From contig JAYWIR010000048.1 in the NCBI GenBank assembly GCA_036172245.1, forward strand, positions 620,001-684,000: 64,000 bases of DNA, given 5' to 3'. The notes beneath the pieces are model-generated. The model saw only the letters and a program-made list of their open reading frames with translations. It was not told the DNA's origin and searched no databases. Of this stretch, positions 37,900 through 49,544 are shown in pieces. The stretch is from Raillietiella orientalis. Lineage: Eukaryota. Both the position numbers and the translations under genes were made by a program. How positions within the stretch are numbered: position 1 is the stretch's first letter; the number at the start of each line of letters is the position of its first letter.

Positions 37900-38790
37900 A
37901 CTAGAGGAAGCGACCGATCGGTACTTCACAATGAAATTCCAGAGTTGGGATTTTCAGGGACCGATTCTTCAGCTCTCTTTTAAGAGAGCGAGGAACATGC
38001 GCAGATTCGTCGCACAGTTCGCATCTGCCATTCCCTGTGATGCCCCGGTCTGGAACAGCACGCAGCACGGGTCTGCCTGCCTCCTCACTCCACCGTGGTG
38101 CCAAGGAACGGATTCTCTCCTCCCTCGGTCCATGCGAAGGCTGAGGCTTTTCTTTCTTTTTCTTTTTGCTCTGTGCTTCCTGCCACTCCGCAGTTTTCTG
38201 TGTCGTCGGGAGTGGCATTTCCTGCTCATTCACTCCCTCATGGTTTCTGCTTTTTTGCTACACAACTGTAAAGATACCTTACGAAATTCGTAAACATTCC
38301 TCGCGAATGGAGATGGTTGTGTAACAGGTACAAAAATACGTTTGGTTTGAGACATGAGGCAACTTTGGAATCACGTAGGAAAGAGCCACTCACGTCTCTA
38401 GGAGGTTTCTTTTTTTTTACCCGCCTCCTGCTCATTGACCTTTGATCCTGTTTCCTGTGTAGGGCACAGGAATGCTTCTCATGACGGGTCGAATTCTTCT
38501 CCTGTTTCAGGGAGATGATAGTAGCTCGGTTTCCGGGTCTGCAGCCGGAATAGGTAATATTGACGGCTTTCCTCTGACAAGATGCAACCTGCCCACGTGT
38601 AAAGGGAGTGGGGGGAGTCCACTCTAAAGGATATGGGGAGCACTCCCTCCCAAGTAGAACCATGTCTGGAAGCTCTGCATCGAACTCCGTAGTGAGTTCG
38701 AAATAAGTTCAAGTGACCAGCACCTCGTAGCTCCCGGCCTTCCGTTTTTACAGGGCCAGTAGCTGACCTTAGTTGATAGGAAAACAAACA
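37900..38790 (-). mobile_element. Gag-like ORF1 fragments of a non-LTR retrotransposon
   Basis: EWQEAQSKKKKKEKP (37901-38233) is typical of ORF1 N-regions. Zinc-knuckle-like YWPCKNGRPGATRC at ~38720-38765. The sequence ccgtttttacagggccag is shared with ~45845. Confidence 0.45.
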
Positions 38791-38799
38791 TCTCGTGAG

Positions 38800-39850
38800 A
38801 AGTCTGTTTACTCCTGTCTGCTATCTGTCTGCTGTCTCCATCAGGTACCATGGATCCTCCAACATTCCTTGAATAAACCGTTCCATGGCTGAATCAAACG
38901 AATGTAGGCTATGGTTCATGGTCCGGGAATTATGCTGATGCTTGTACTAACACGGCAAGTCGTAACTTCTGGGAGGGTGACATCATTCCCGGTAGTGTGC
39001 CCATTTCCAGATCTACGTCGAGATCTGGCAAATCAAATATACAACGTCCATCGGATGAACTCGTAGACGCTATGGCACTCGAGTGTGCAATTCGAAACGG
39101 TATTAGCCTTGCAAAGGGCAATGCAATTCATAATGTGTCACATTTGAACCTGCCTTGAACCTACCTTGTTGAGTCCCACCTTCTTGCTGACCTTTACACG
39201 TTAGAGAATAACTTCTCCTTGTGAATCACGTTTCAGTCCGAGAATGGGTACGCTTCGCAGGGACTTGCGAATGGGCATTTACCTCTTCATCTGCTACACA
39301 AGATGAAGTCGCTCTAATATTTCTATAATGGGATGTCTTCAGCAAACCGAAATCTGCTGAAGGACGAACCCTTCCCTAGCGGATGGACACAACTGATATA
39401 AGAGTTGAGGTAGGCCCACGCAATAATCTCAAGGCAAACATCAACAGATGTTATCCCGACATGCAAAATATCTGGATTCAAGTAGGGGAAGCCGAAGTTT
39501 TTCAACTGAAGTCACTTCATAATTACCAATGCCGTATGAACCAGAAGTTCCTTCGAAGAAGTCCATTGAAGTTGTTGATCTTCGAAGTTCTTCCAAGATC
39601 AACAACCATTTCATGGATGGGCGAGTATTCTCATTAGAGCTCACAATCGCTCGAAAAAATGTGCATCTTAATTGTGCGTCCCGAAGAAACTGTTCGATTT
39701 GTATCAGCTCCCTTGAGGAGGGCTTACCTTCCTTAGTGTTGGGTATAGATTAACGGTGACAGGAATAGGATGCTTCTAGGTGATGGTATGCAATGTCTTG
39801 CAGAGTTTTGTAGGAACTTCATTATCTGAGAGGAGTGGACCCCTCCTTCA
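38800..39850 (-). pseudogene. Orthomyxovirus (quaranja/thogoto-like) PB2-like EVE, N-terminus to cap-binding region
   Basis: Colinear motifs: TIT*KHPIPV (like KYPI), EKLRLPLL/PDILHV (like KTRFLP..EVLHL), ILGLKRDS (like MGLRISS), THYELHCPLQG*YRFE and ERFIQGMLEDPWYLME. Confidence 0.5.
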
Positions 39851-40167
39851 AGAAAAATTGCCACACCCTCTTGTGGCGTGGAACCGGGTATGCATTACCG
39901 CCATACACGGTGATAGCTCAGTGGCCGGAAATAAAAAGCAAAAAGCGGCACCACAGATCGTTCCAGTGCATGAACGCACAGGCATCTTGAACTTTGTCCA
40001 GTAAACCCATGAGAGTTCTCTCATTTGTGATCGTCCAGATTGCAGCTCCCAGAACGTCAGCTCATCTCAGCTCATGATGGGAATTTCGCGTGTCGTCTGA
40101 CCCTCCGTTTCCCACGAAAACGTCACCAAAGGATGTGCACTTCGGGTTCTCGTTATCCTATATTCGC

Positions 40168-40500
40168 ATGGCAAAATTTTTACATCTTGGAACTGTGGCA
40201 GTTCTTCTTTGGTTTATGTCTGTTGCATTTATTGTGAAAGCAGATCTGGGTGGGCTGATGCTGCAGGAAATCTGGGCATCCCAGAACTGGTATCTGGAAC
40301 TGGAATTTTCACAGTTGCCTGCACTTATGCTGGACGCGAAAGTTCTGTGCCGACATCTTCAATCAAATGTACTTCATTGACTTCATGGCGTATACAGGTA
40401 CACGCAGCCTGCAGTTCACGTTCTTACCGGTTGTTTGCAACTGGGAAGGATTATAGAAGCTATGGACTCTGCATGGCCTTGATGAAGAAGGTTCTCTAAT
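40168..40500 (+). pseudogene. Possible mononegavirus glycoprotein N-terminal EVE
   Basis: Signal-peptide-like MAKFLHLGTVAVLLWFMSVAFIVKA, then DLGGLML.../GTGIFTVAC.../VYRYTQPAVHV..C, resembling anphevirus-type G N-termini. Confidence 0.35.
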
Positions 40501-41089
40501 TTACCTTGCATCCAGATCCAGAAATCCTCCAGAAGATGACGTAATGGTTATCGCACGCACATCATTCTGTAGACGTTTGTTTCGCTTCATATATTCATCC
40601 TCTTATCCCAAATCCTCTCCCTTGTTCCGATGCCTATCACAAGTTTCGCTTACGTGACTTCCACTTGTGATGAGATCCGCTTTCTTGTGGACGAAAAAGA
40701 TCCAAGAGGCAGTCCATTTCAAAAGTTTGCTTTTTATTGCATCCCGAATTGCATTTTATCGTACTGCTCTTTCTAATTATGTCCCAATATTATTATAAGC
40801 TCTTTTAGAAAGTGGCATTCATTTTTGCTCTCTGCTCGTGGCATACAAGCATCAATTGGTACTTAATCTAGCGTGCTCGTCGAAAACAGAAAGACGAATT
40901 AAGGAAAGCTTAGGTTACATGGGAACATACCATAAAAACGTCAACCAGTTTTTATTTACAGTTGGCCCTCGCGGATGGGAAGCGAAAGCGTTCGGACTCT
41001 GCGGGGTCGTTCTTTTCAGCTTCCTGTCGTCTCTCGAGAAAGGAAAGGGGATCAGTTCAGCATCCCAGCGACATCTTTAATGATATCAG

Positions 41090-41290
41090 ATATCAGAGCA
41101 AGTTCTGAATGATTCCGCTAATGCCAAGGTGGAGCGAAATCGGGCCTCTTTGCTTCTGAGAGCGAAAAATCCGCTTTCTCCGAGACCGGAAGCGAGCGAC
41201 TGCTTCATCCAGGGCGGGAAGTTGGAGAACGGGAGAGATGGAAGCCGAAGAGATGCCTTCCGCTCCGACTCCGAGATTCTGGTGCAACAC
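41090..41290 (-). mobile_element. Short RT fragment
   Basis: LGVGAEGISSASISPVLQLPALDE resembles GVxQGxxxSPxLFxxALD. Confidence 0.35.
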
Positions 41291-41654
41291 CGAGCTCCAG
41301 CTGCAGGAGCGATGTGAAGTTTTCCTCTTAAGAATTCAATGTTCTTGAACGTGAGAACTTGTAAGGAAATAGAGAGCTGTCGATAGAGACGTCTCGGGAT
41401 CTTTTGAATATCATCATCCAGGGATAGTAACTTGGGTAGTGCTTTTGTTTTTTCTCTCTTGGAGGTCTGACAATAGTTTCCAGTTGGACGGTAATCCTCT
41501 CTGGATTTGAAGGAATCAGCACAGGGTGGACTTTGAGGTACGTGGTTCTCACATACGTTCCCAATCTGCCTATATTCCGATCCGCTTCAGGATCCTGAAA
41601 AACCGTTCCCCTTTTCCCGGTAAAGCCCCACAGCACCTATCCATGTGGTCCTCC

Positions 41655-41796
41655 TTTGTAGTCCATGCCGGTGGAGGAGAGGACGTCCACCAGCGTGCTT
41701 TTCCCGCTCTCTGCGGTGCCTGACGGAAGGACGTTGCGTTCCTGCCGGGCCCACTCCTCGATGCTCCTCGCCGTCCAGACTCAGGCACGCGCCGAT
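41655..41796 (-). pseudogene. Fragment of a heterotrimeric G-protein alpha subunit gene (Gv-like) 5' end
   Basis: Across frameshifts: (I)GACLSLDGEE / EEWARQERNVL.SGTAESGKSTLV / LLHRHG. This matches the G-alpha N-terminus MGxCLS, the P-loop GxxESGKST and the IIHxxG motif. AESGKSTLV is Gv-like. Confidence 0.7.
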
Positions 41797-42649
41797 CGAG
41801 TTCTTCTGTCTCCTCGGGTGGCGGTCACCTTGAGCCACGTGGGGCTCAGAGTGAACGCAAGCGGCGCGCGGCGGCGCCAACAGCCCTGAGCGGACGAGGA
41901 GGTTTGCAGACTAGCACCAGGTTGACAAGGATGCTAAACCGGCTTCATTCACTCCAGCGTCAGGAGCTCGAGGCAGTCGTCTCGAGGCGCAAAGCACACA
42001 GATCCCTTGAGGGGGCTCGGGACCTTCCTGTTCCACAAGCTGGTGATCCTAAGGAGGTCCTTCGTCCGCTTATCTATGCCTCCTGGTGGGAAGACAAACA
42101 AAAGGGAGGCGGCCACGAAAGTGTTCCACCGCGACTGTTCCGTTAAGTGGAACCTGTCTCCTTGGAACGGACCGAGCGTCAGCTCTGCTTTCTGGTAAGA
42201 TCAGGGTTCTTGCATAGAAGAACTCTCTGACCAGAACCCCAGGCTGGAGATGAATTTGTTGTGAAGCTTGCTCGTCAGCAAGGTGCCACACTCAAGCTGC
42301 CACTCCGGGGACTCTAGTCAACTGCCGCTTTCGTTTCCACGAGGAGGAGCCCGCCTGCACCACCATCTGAGGGAAACGGTGACACTCAGCGAACCTCAAG
42401 TAATACAAGAAGAATCCGTCCTGCTAGAGCTTGTGGAACGAGCCAATCGCCTTGCATTCTGTGCAGGTAGAGGTGCTCCAGTGTACACGAAATCTTGCTT
42501 CCGGAAAGGGCGGTACATTGTTGCGTCCTGCAACCCTTAAAATTCGGAACCCCTTTGCTGGATTTTGACTTTTTCGATTCGTTCTTCGAGTATAACAGCA
42601 TCCCGAACGCGCACTTCTTCTCTATGCTTTTCCTTCTGGGTCCCGTTTT

Positions 42650-45230
42650 ATTCCACTGGCGCTTGCGGGCGAGGTCGCAACCCTTCAGGAATTTGTTTGC
42701 TTTTAACTAGGGATCGTCTTACGATGTAACCTAAACCTCTGGAGCGGAACGTTGAATCCAACTGCCGCCTCAAAGGTGGGCTGTTCACCCCTATACGGGC
42801 ACTCCTTCCTGGCTTCCCGTAGTCTTTGGACTTCCTGAGTGATGTAGTGGTCCCAATTCCAGTTTTCGTCCGGTAAAATGGGACTGAGGGTGCCCCACGC
42901 CCAAGGTCATCCAGCCCCTCAACCTGAGCCAACGAGCATCCTACAGTCGTCGGTACCCACTTTCGGGACTGCTCTCGGCACCTGGACCGGCCTTGCACTC
43001 CCACCGTCCAAGCCGATATCGTTCGGACAGGGTGCGTGCACCCCTGCAGCAGCCTCCTCCGCACCCTGAGTCTTCCTCTTTGATAACGAGGAGGCGCCGC
43101 TGGTGTAACTGGTCGCTGTAGGGTTTAACCCAACCACCAGGTTCAAACTGAACCTATAAACGTCAGTGACGCAGCAATACCGCGGAGCATAACACATCCC
43201 ATTCAAATCCATATTTGGTTGACTGAGCTCTTATGGCACAAATCTGCCGCGCGATCGCCTGGCTCTCTGAAGAAAAATTTGAGCGCTCACCCAGCGCCGG
43301 TAGGGGGACCACGGAAAGCTGCTCTTCACAGCCACCGCACACCACAGAACAAACACATCGTGATCAACCCGCACACTCAAGACGTAAGTTGACAGAGGTC
43401 ACAAACTGGCACGTTCTGCCTAACCGTGAATGTGAGAGCGTTCAATCAGGTGGGAGAACTTCCCAGTCAATGACCCAACGGTAGTTCGGAGTTAATCCGA
43501 ACGAAGCACTGCTGAATTATAGAATTGTAGTTCTGGAGCGCTCGGCGGGCGCGTCATCGCCTCACCTGGCGATTCTGTTGGGGATGACTGGGGACCCAGT
43601 GATTGTTCACCGGATCCCCAGTCATGCCCAGTTGGGTTAATTTGCTTGGTGATGTTATCGAGCTCGGCGGAAGGTATTCTGCTCGAAGTTAAATTCGAAT
43701 TTAGATCTAGAATCGAACAGAATACCTTCCAATAACTAGAGCGAGCTCGCTTCCTAAACGCCTCATCAGGAGTCTTAGCTGATGGCTGTCCTCTGCGCCC
43801 ATGTGGTCGATCTAAGGAGATCGGTGGCAATTCTACCGACCACCGATAGTACATAAGACTTCTTCACGCCATTTGCGCCTATGCTGCTCTATTCCCCAGC
43901 CCCACACCATCGGCTCGTGGAAGTGGGTGCCAAAGAAAGCACCCCGCCACTCCGCAGCGAACCACAGGGAGTTGGTGGCGGTACTGCTAACCCTGTACCC
44001 ATACGCGTCGTCACGGGTGTGGGCGGGGACTGTGGAGTATGCAAACATATCCGCACACTAGTGAGGTCCACCTGGGACGCCATTCGGGAGACGCGAAGTA
44101 CCTCGAGCATCTCTTGTGCATCCACCCACATGCCAAACCGCCAGACTGCAGACAAGGCGCCACTGTGGGATCTAGTCTTCCTGTGCACCAGATTGCTTCC
44201 GTAGCCCTCGAGATTTGAATACAGGCGGAACTTGACCAGTTCGTCGGTTACCCCAGTTTCACTCTTCCACTCCTCAAAGAGCCTCTTGAGGGGGAACCAC
44301 CCCGAGCCAACCACCCTAGGCCTCTCTCCTACAGTCCATTACGGATCGAGCTCTCTGTCTAATAATGTTGTTATAGACCGTGCAATGGAAAGCGGCGGCA
44401 AAGACGGCTAGTTCCGCGAACCTGGTCCACCGACCGATGCTAAGGACCGGATTTTTCTTTGCATCCCGGTCGCAGGACCGGTACCTGATCAAAGCACGTA
44501 ACTGCTCCTCGATGCCGGTTCTCGCCTGCACCTGTATCAACCCGGTCTCCTAGCTGATACATGCATTTGAGCTCGGACTTCCGGAGCGTCCTATAGGAGA
44601 CTCTCGCACGGCCTCCACTTGGGGAAGGACAAAATATGACGAGTCAATGATCATTTTTTTTTTTTTTAATACTCGCGAATCGAAAATGATTAGTACTGAT
44701 CAGGAAGATCTGCTTGTAAGGTAGAGGAGCAAATCGAAGGGATCATGGGAAATGATCCACCTCCTTTCAGGGATAGAGGGTAACGCGTACAGGCCCCTAA
44801 GGCTGCCTGGACCACGGTCTCCGTGCAACCTAGAAGCCGGGACTCAATTGTCCAAGGCCGTAGTCGGGATTGGGATACCCGCTAGTTCCACTGCGGCTTG
44901 AGACGCGGTGTGACCGGGATGATTCTCCTGACCTCATTATGGTAGTCCACCAGTCCTGAGGTCCTCACGAATGCATCCATGTTCTTCGACCTGTCCCCTC
45001 GCAGGACTCTGAACTAGCACTGGACTAGCGGGTATCGTAGGTGCAACAACCGAAGCTCCCTGGAAATTGGCTGCCGTGGCTTGCTTATCCTCCAGCCACC
45101 GCCTGCGGGGATGCATCTCTTGGTGAACCTGATCTAATGGGGGGAACGCGTTAAGCTAGAACATTTCTACTCGTTGTGGGACGGCCCGTTGGCATGCCAA
45201 CAGGCTAGCCTGAGACAACGACGACTGTAA
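42650..45230 (-). pseudogene. Possible dsRNA (toti-like) virus capsid EVE, otherwise an unidentified decayed ORF
   Basis: A chain of abutting minus-strand ORFs (44316-44540, 43889-44314, 43833-44048, 43492-43854, 43163-43345, 42919-43212) has protein-like W/Y-rich composition and no TE motifs. The family assignment is a guess. Confidence 0.3.
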
Positions 45231-45699
45231 GTAGCGATTTCTACTCGATGACGCCAGGGCGTTTCCTTATTTAAAATAATAATAATGGAATATGCCAAAT
45301 GGAAATTTCCTTATGAATAAAGAAAGAAAGGGAATCACCACCAAAAGGGGTTCAGTACGGAGAACTAGAGGAGTCGGAAGTTCAGCCGCAGGAATTGCTC
45401 GCAGAAAAGGTGGGGTCAGGAAGTTAAGCAAATAAGTAGTTAGAGGAAGCAGGCAGGGGCACCGAAATTGCTGGCGCTGCTCTCACAGCTTCCGCAAGAT
45501 GATGGAAGCCAACTTTATGCTGACTTTTGTTGTCTCCCCGGGATTTCAGAGTCTCCGTTTTCTAAGCTTCAGAAAACCTCACGCAGTGGATCGCAGTTCC
45601 GTTCTGCAGCTGGTCACGGTTTGGCGACTGACGAAACCTATTTTCTTAAGTGTCCGCTCCTTGAGGCACTGGAATTCCATTTTTTCGTGATTTTCATGA

Positions 45700-46450
45700 T
45701 TCGGCAATGTGCAATATGCAAGCGCTTTTTCAGATGGAGCCTCCTGCAAGCCTTCAGCTGCATCTCCAGAATGGTGCAGACCTTTAGGGTGCGCGAACAT
45801 GAGGTATAATGCGTTCAAGCGGAGGCCAGCGCGTGGAGGCCAGGCCGTTTTTACAGGGCCAGCGGGTCTAGCACAAAGACTGCTGCGAACCCTTATCGAG
45901 AGTCTCCAGGTCTCCACCGTGGTCCACCCAAGGGGTATTACCTTACGGCTGCTCCCGAGCGCCATACGGAAGCATTACCTTCGGGTAGTCGATCCGGATG
46001 GTTTGCTCGTCCTCCTTTGTGCTTGTCTACCCCCACCCCAACCTGCTCAGTTCCTGTCTATGAAACTCCCTGGTAGACCTGCGAGGCTCAGTGGAGTTAG
46101 GCGTTCTGACGCTTTAAAGACTGATCTGCAAGTGTGGTTTCCCAGCTTGGCATTTTGTGAACTATGATGCACCTCGTGGTGTGAGTAATCTTTGCATCGG
46201 CTGCTAGAACGTGACTCTACTGCTACTGGCAAACTTGCAGCGTCACATGCCGTGCAGTCTCAAGAGGGTGTAGTGGTGCCCTGAGGCACACGACCTCAAT
46301 AATGCAGCGACATCTCTTGATCTTCTGCATCCCCTTGAACTTCGGCGGCTGACTGCCGGAGACCTGGAATGCCAGGGTGCTCCCAGAGCAACGAGGGTAG
46401 AGGAGCGACGGTTGCCCTTATAGCAGAGAGCTGGCTCTCCATCCGCTTTG
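45700..46450 (-). mobile_element. Gag-like ORF1 fragment (non-LTR)
   Basis: RKVIPLGWTTVETW followed by RWPCKNG, like IxIGWxxxxV...CxxC. Shares an 18-mer with ~38742. Confidence 0.4.
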
Positions 46451-47450
46451 CCTCAGTGTTGCTTCCACTCAGGGAAGCACAGGGCAGTGCGACAACAGGA
46501 AGGAGGGAAGTCCGACGTTAAACTCCAGGAAAGCTGGAAGACGGCTGACCTGGTGGGTGCTGCTACTTCACGCTGTTGAGCCAATGTGCTGTTTCGGCGG
46601 GGAGAATTTGACGTGCGTTTCCCGCATAAATGTGGAAACTCCAACGAAAGACTTTCTCCGCTTTCTTCACTGAGGTTTTGGCGTCAAATGCGCCGACCCC
46701 ATGTTCGTTTCCAGGAAAACCGCATGCCCCAACTGTGCCAGAGTGGGAAAATCGAATTGTTCCCACATTATCTTCTTGGATTGAGGCGTCCTCCAAGAGC
46801 TGCGGCGGAGGCGCGCTTCCGTGCTACTACGTCCGGATTACATGAGAAACTTGTTTGCGCCGTTTCTTCGCAGGCGACAGGCTTTCGCGTGGCGCGGTGA
46901 TCGTGAAGATGAGTTGCGGAGGCTGCGTCCTGGCAGCCCCGCAACGGCAGTGCTGCAGCAAGCGTTTTTTTTTTGTGCTCACCGTATTCCATGATCGCCT
47001 TCAAGGAGCAACGAGCGCAACTGGAGTACAGCAGACGCTGCATTTCCTTTCACCTCATGACGCCTGTCTTGGCCTAGGTCTGGATTCTTTTTCCCTCTTC
47101 CCCCTTTCGCAGGTCACCTTACAGCTTGCCGTTTGTTGCTTCTTATGGCGATGTAATGAGAGTGCTGAGGCTGCCGGGATTCCCTCAGCCTCATTCATTG
47201 GTCCTGGTTATTCATGTGGTGGGATCACAAAGTGTTTGGCCTGCCGATGAAGCGCTTGGCAATCTGAGAGAACTCCCCTTCAGAACCAACGTTGCGTTGG
47301 CTCTGAGGGCATTCGACTTGAGAGCTTGCTGAGCTCATGCCCCGGCAATCCTAGTCTGTTGGCCGTCGCAGACGACTTTCTGATCCTGTTCCCCATATGA
47401 CCCCTGGAAAGCTTCTCCAAATTGCTAAGCTGGGGAGCGGTTTGGGTATT
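46450..47450 (-). mobile_element. Degenerate non-LTR RT fragment
   Basis: GNPGSLSTLITS and LKAIMEYGEHKKKTLAAAL occur in RT order. Confidence 0.4.
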
Positions 47451-47469
47451 TCACCCGGGTTCAGCAGGG

Positions 47470-48750
47470 GATTTATTTATTTAAAACAAGAATAAACAAT
47501 ACGAAGGAAGTAGGGTCATGGACCCTACATTCCAGATAATCACGAGTTTAGAAGCCGTTGCGTGGACCGGCGAGGTTCGCACCGGCAGCAGAGGGGAGGG
47601 AACAGACACACAAAAAACTAAAAAACCACATAAAACAAAAGAGACCCTGGAATGGGATCACATTCTGTATGGAGGTGTCCTCTTCATGCTTTAGAGGATG
47701 CCTCCAAGTATAATCTACATACTCCCCAAGTGGGGTCAGATGGCCCACCTGGGAGAGGTGAGGCATCACCTCTCCCAGGTGGCCCAGAAAGAGGCCCATT
47801 CCGCCTCTTTCTCCTCCGGGATAGTTACAGGCAATCGAAAACCTGCGTCCCTGCGAGTGCAGCGAGGAGATCCCAAGAATGCGACTAGCAGAAACACATC
47901 ACGTACGAAGGAGAGTTGCCAAGCAGGATGCGGAGGGTCATTGCGAAACGTCTCCATAAGGGCCGGAGGCCAGCACAGTTCACAAGCTGATACGGAATGG
48001 ACTCTCGTCCTCCGGGTCTGCAACAGTGTGAAGCCGTGCTTTTTCATGAGATGCTGCAACGCAAGATGAGCAACGCTGTCCCTTGCCTCTTTTTAAGGGG
48101 AGCATTCAGCTGTCTGAGAGGACAGGGATCAACGATGGGATCTTCTGGAGAGACCTCAAGAAGTTGAGCTAGACGACTTTCAGTGTCAACGGCTTGCTAA
48201 GAATGTTTCGTGCCTCCTCCCAACCAGGAAGTCCCTCGGCTAGCGAACGACGCGCGAAGTCGCGTGCCGGAGGTGACTTCGCTTGCAGGGAGCAGCAAGG
48301 CCTACGCACGATGCTTCTTGAACTTGCCCCGGAGACTACCTATTCTAATTGCCTTAGTGCTGCTCTCACTCGGGGAAGCACGGCTAAGTGCAACACCGGG
48401 ACGGAGGAAAGTGACCTGCTGAAATGCTCAGGAAGGTCGAAACCTTTCGAAGGGTGGTGGACGCGGATGCTGCGATCCCGAGTCCCATAACTGCAGGCTT
48501 GCTACGCCGGATACATCTTCCGGAGATTCTCCTCCAGAAGATGTGGCATCGGCGGCGATACTTACACATAGGTTCATCCTCCCTTTGAAGTGGCGGGCGC
48601 CTGCGTTGCTTATATTGCTTTGCAACGTCTCACGTGCAAGCATGCGTTCAATTCTGGACTCGGGGAAGGATGGGCTCGAACTGGGCCAGTTGCATGAAAG
48701 GGCAAACTGCCTCTCCAGTACCCAACGCACTTAGTTAAGACGCTTCCTCT
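47470..48750 (-). mobile_element. 3' fragment of L1/Tx1-type element with AT-rich tail
   Basis: HFKGRMNLC (like LSxKGR) and ESIPYQLVNCAGLRPLWRRF (zf-RVT, same family as 11990 and 56960). (TAAA)n-like end at ~47470-47485. Confidence 0.7.
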
Positions 48751-48989
48751 CGTTCGCCGGAGCCTGAGAGTGCCCAATACGTCAGCAGGAACGACTGTTG
48801 CCACCTCCGGGTGAGGCACGGATTTTTCACCCCGAGTCGGGGGACGATGTCCCCTTAATACAAAGACATCAAAAAAGAAACGTTTAATGGGAATAACTCA
48901 GATCGCAGGCCGGATTATAAGGGAGTGGGGAGAAAGACGCAAAGGAAAAAAAGAATGATGAGAAAGCACAGGGGTCTCTGTTCTGCAGC

Positions 48990-49230
48990 GCTCCTTCGTT
49001 CCTAAATGCGGTTCAGTATGGAGGACCTTAATTACTTTTTCTGGCACATAGGCCAATTTGCTGCCATCATCATTAAGGTGGCTGCCATGCAGATGTCCTC
49101 CATTCTCAGCGAACGAGACTCCAGCACATGGCACACTGTCCCTATGGCACCTACAGTGCAGAAACGGCAGAACATCTTGTTTCCATCTTGATGGATTCCG
49201 CTGAGGGTATCTACCCTCAAGGTCTGTTTG
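48990..49230 (-). mobile_element. CGGBP1-like (hAT-derived) transposase N-terminal fragment
   Basis: RVDTLSGIHQDGNKMFCRFC...MMAANWPM parallels CGGBP1-family RV.EF..LHEDGGKLFCxxC...ANIPL. Confidence 0.55.
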
Positions 49231-49544
49231 GTTTGCTTCTTCGGTCAAGTTCTCTGTCGTCGTGACTGACTGTGGAGAATGCAGGAGTGTCTGTGTTCTA
49301 CGGTAACGGTAGAGACGTTGTTTCCACCGATCGCGATGACTCTCTTGAGAGCGCTCAAGAGAGTCCGTGGCGACTTGCGCCTGTCTCGGACTTGCGTTCC
49401 TCGCGCTTCCCTTCGACGTGCAGTAGGGCCCGCATCTTCCTTCCCTTTACTCACCAACAGCTGCCACCCCACATGCTCGGCGCTCATGTTTTCCCCAGAC
49501 GATCGCGCGCGAGCGAGATTCGCGCGACTTTTGGTTCGACTTTC

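Noticed and set aside
38930..39505. FPYLNP and LPGMM as orthomyxovirus PB1 motifs
   Set aside because: The spacing is incompatible with PB1, there is no SDD motif, and flanking motifs are colinear with PB2.
41680..41740. GTAESGKSTLV as a Helitron/viral helicase Walker A motif
   Set aside because: The adjacent GACLSLD and HRHG motifs indicate a G-protein alpha instead.
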